From Nitrososphaeraceae archaeon (lineage in GTDB: Archaea > Thermoproteota > Nitrososphaeria > Nitrososphaerales > Nitrososphaeraceae): a stretch of DNA of 64,000 nt. A program made the translations under genes and the position numbers. This document shows, piece after piece, positions 63,974-64,000 of the stretch. The stretch is taken from positions 32,001 to 96,000 of the forward strand of contig DATGZA010000011.1 in assembly GCA_035297365.1 (NCBI GenBank), given 5' to 3'. Numbering within the stretch: position 1 is the stretch's first letter; each line of letters opens with the position of its first letter. The notes below the pieces were generated by a model. That model was given only the letters and a program-made list of their open reading frames with translations. It ran no database searches and was not told where the DNA came from.

Positions 63974-64000
63974 GAGCCTTGATACTATATGGACTCGGAG
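63974..64000 (+). repeat. Dispersed element, copy S11 (cut by window edge)
   Basis: gagccttgatactatatggactcggag with the same upstream extension as S2 and S8. Confidence 0.85.

Noticed and set aside
8383-64000. CRISPR interpretation of the dispersed repeat
   Set aside because: Copies are kilobases apart, imperfect, with genes between them; no cas genes seen
1-64000. Integrase/recombinase or reverse transcriptase gene serving the repeats
   Set aside because: No ORF with tyrosine recombinase R-H-x-x-R-Y, serine recombinase, HUH or RT motifs was recognised in the window

Overview
AT-rich (roughly 30% GC or less, by eye), gene-sparse accessory region. It is most consistent with a soil ammonia-oxidising archaeon (Nitrososphaeraceae, Nitrosocosmicus-like); this is inferred from the gene repertoire, not from a marker gene. 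I saw no rRNA, intact tRNA, CRISPR array or core housekeeping operon. The cargo is stress, redox, metal and envelope genes (VOC, MBL-fold, PPK2, GT2, NDH-2, nitroreductase, ChrB, LLM, cupredoxin, phospholipase C, dodecin, Rieske-flavodoxin), several paralogous secreted or membrane families, many pseudogenes and IS6/IS5 scraps. The main unexplained structure is a ~58-bp bipartite element: a 6-bp dyad with a fixed-length variable 11-nt spacer, followed by a dif-like 11-6-11 core AGRATAGTCAA-CTGTTT-TTGACACAATT. It occurs 11 times between 8.4 and 64 kb, always between real genes and always on the + strand, cutting the region into 2-13 kb blocks. It may mark an archaeal cassette or tandem-accretion recombination system; no recombinase gene was recognised in the window. 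The second notable feature is a secreted-protein family with a constant leader, signal peptide and Cys-containing module fused to different C-termini.
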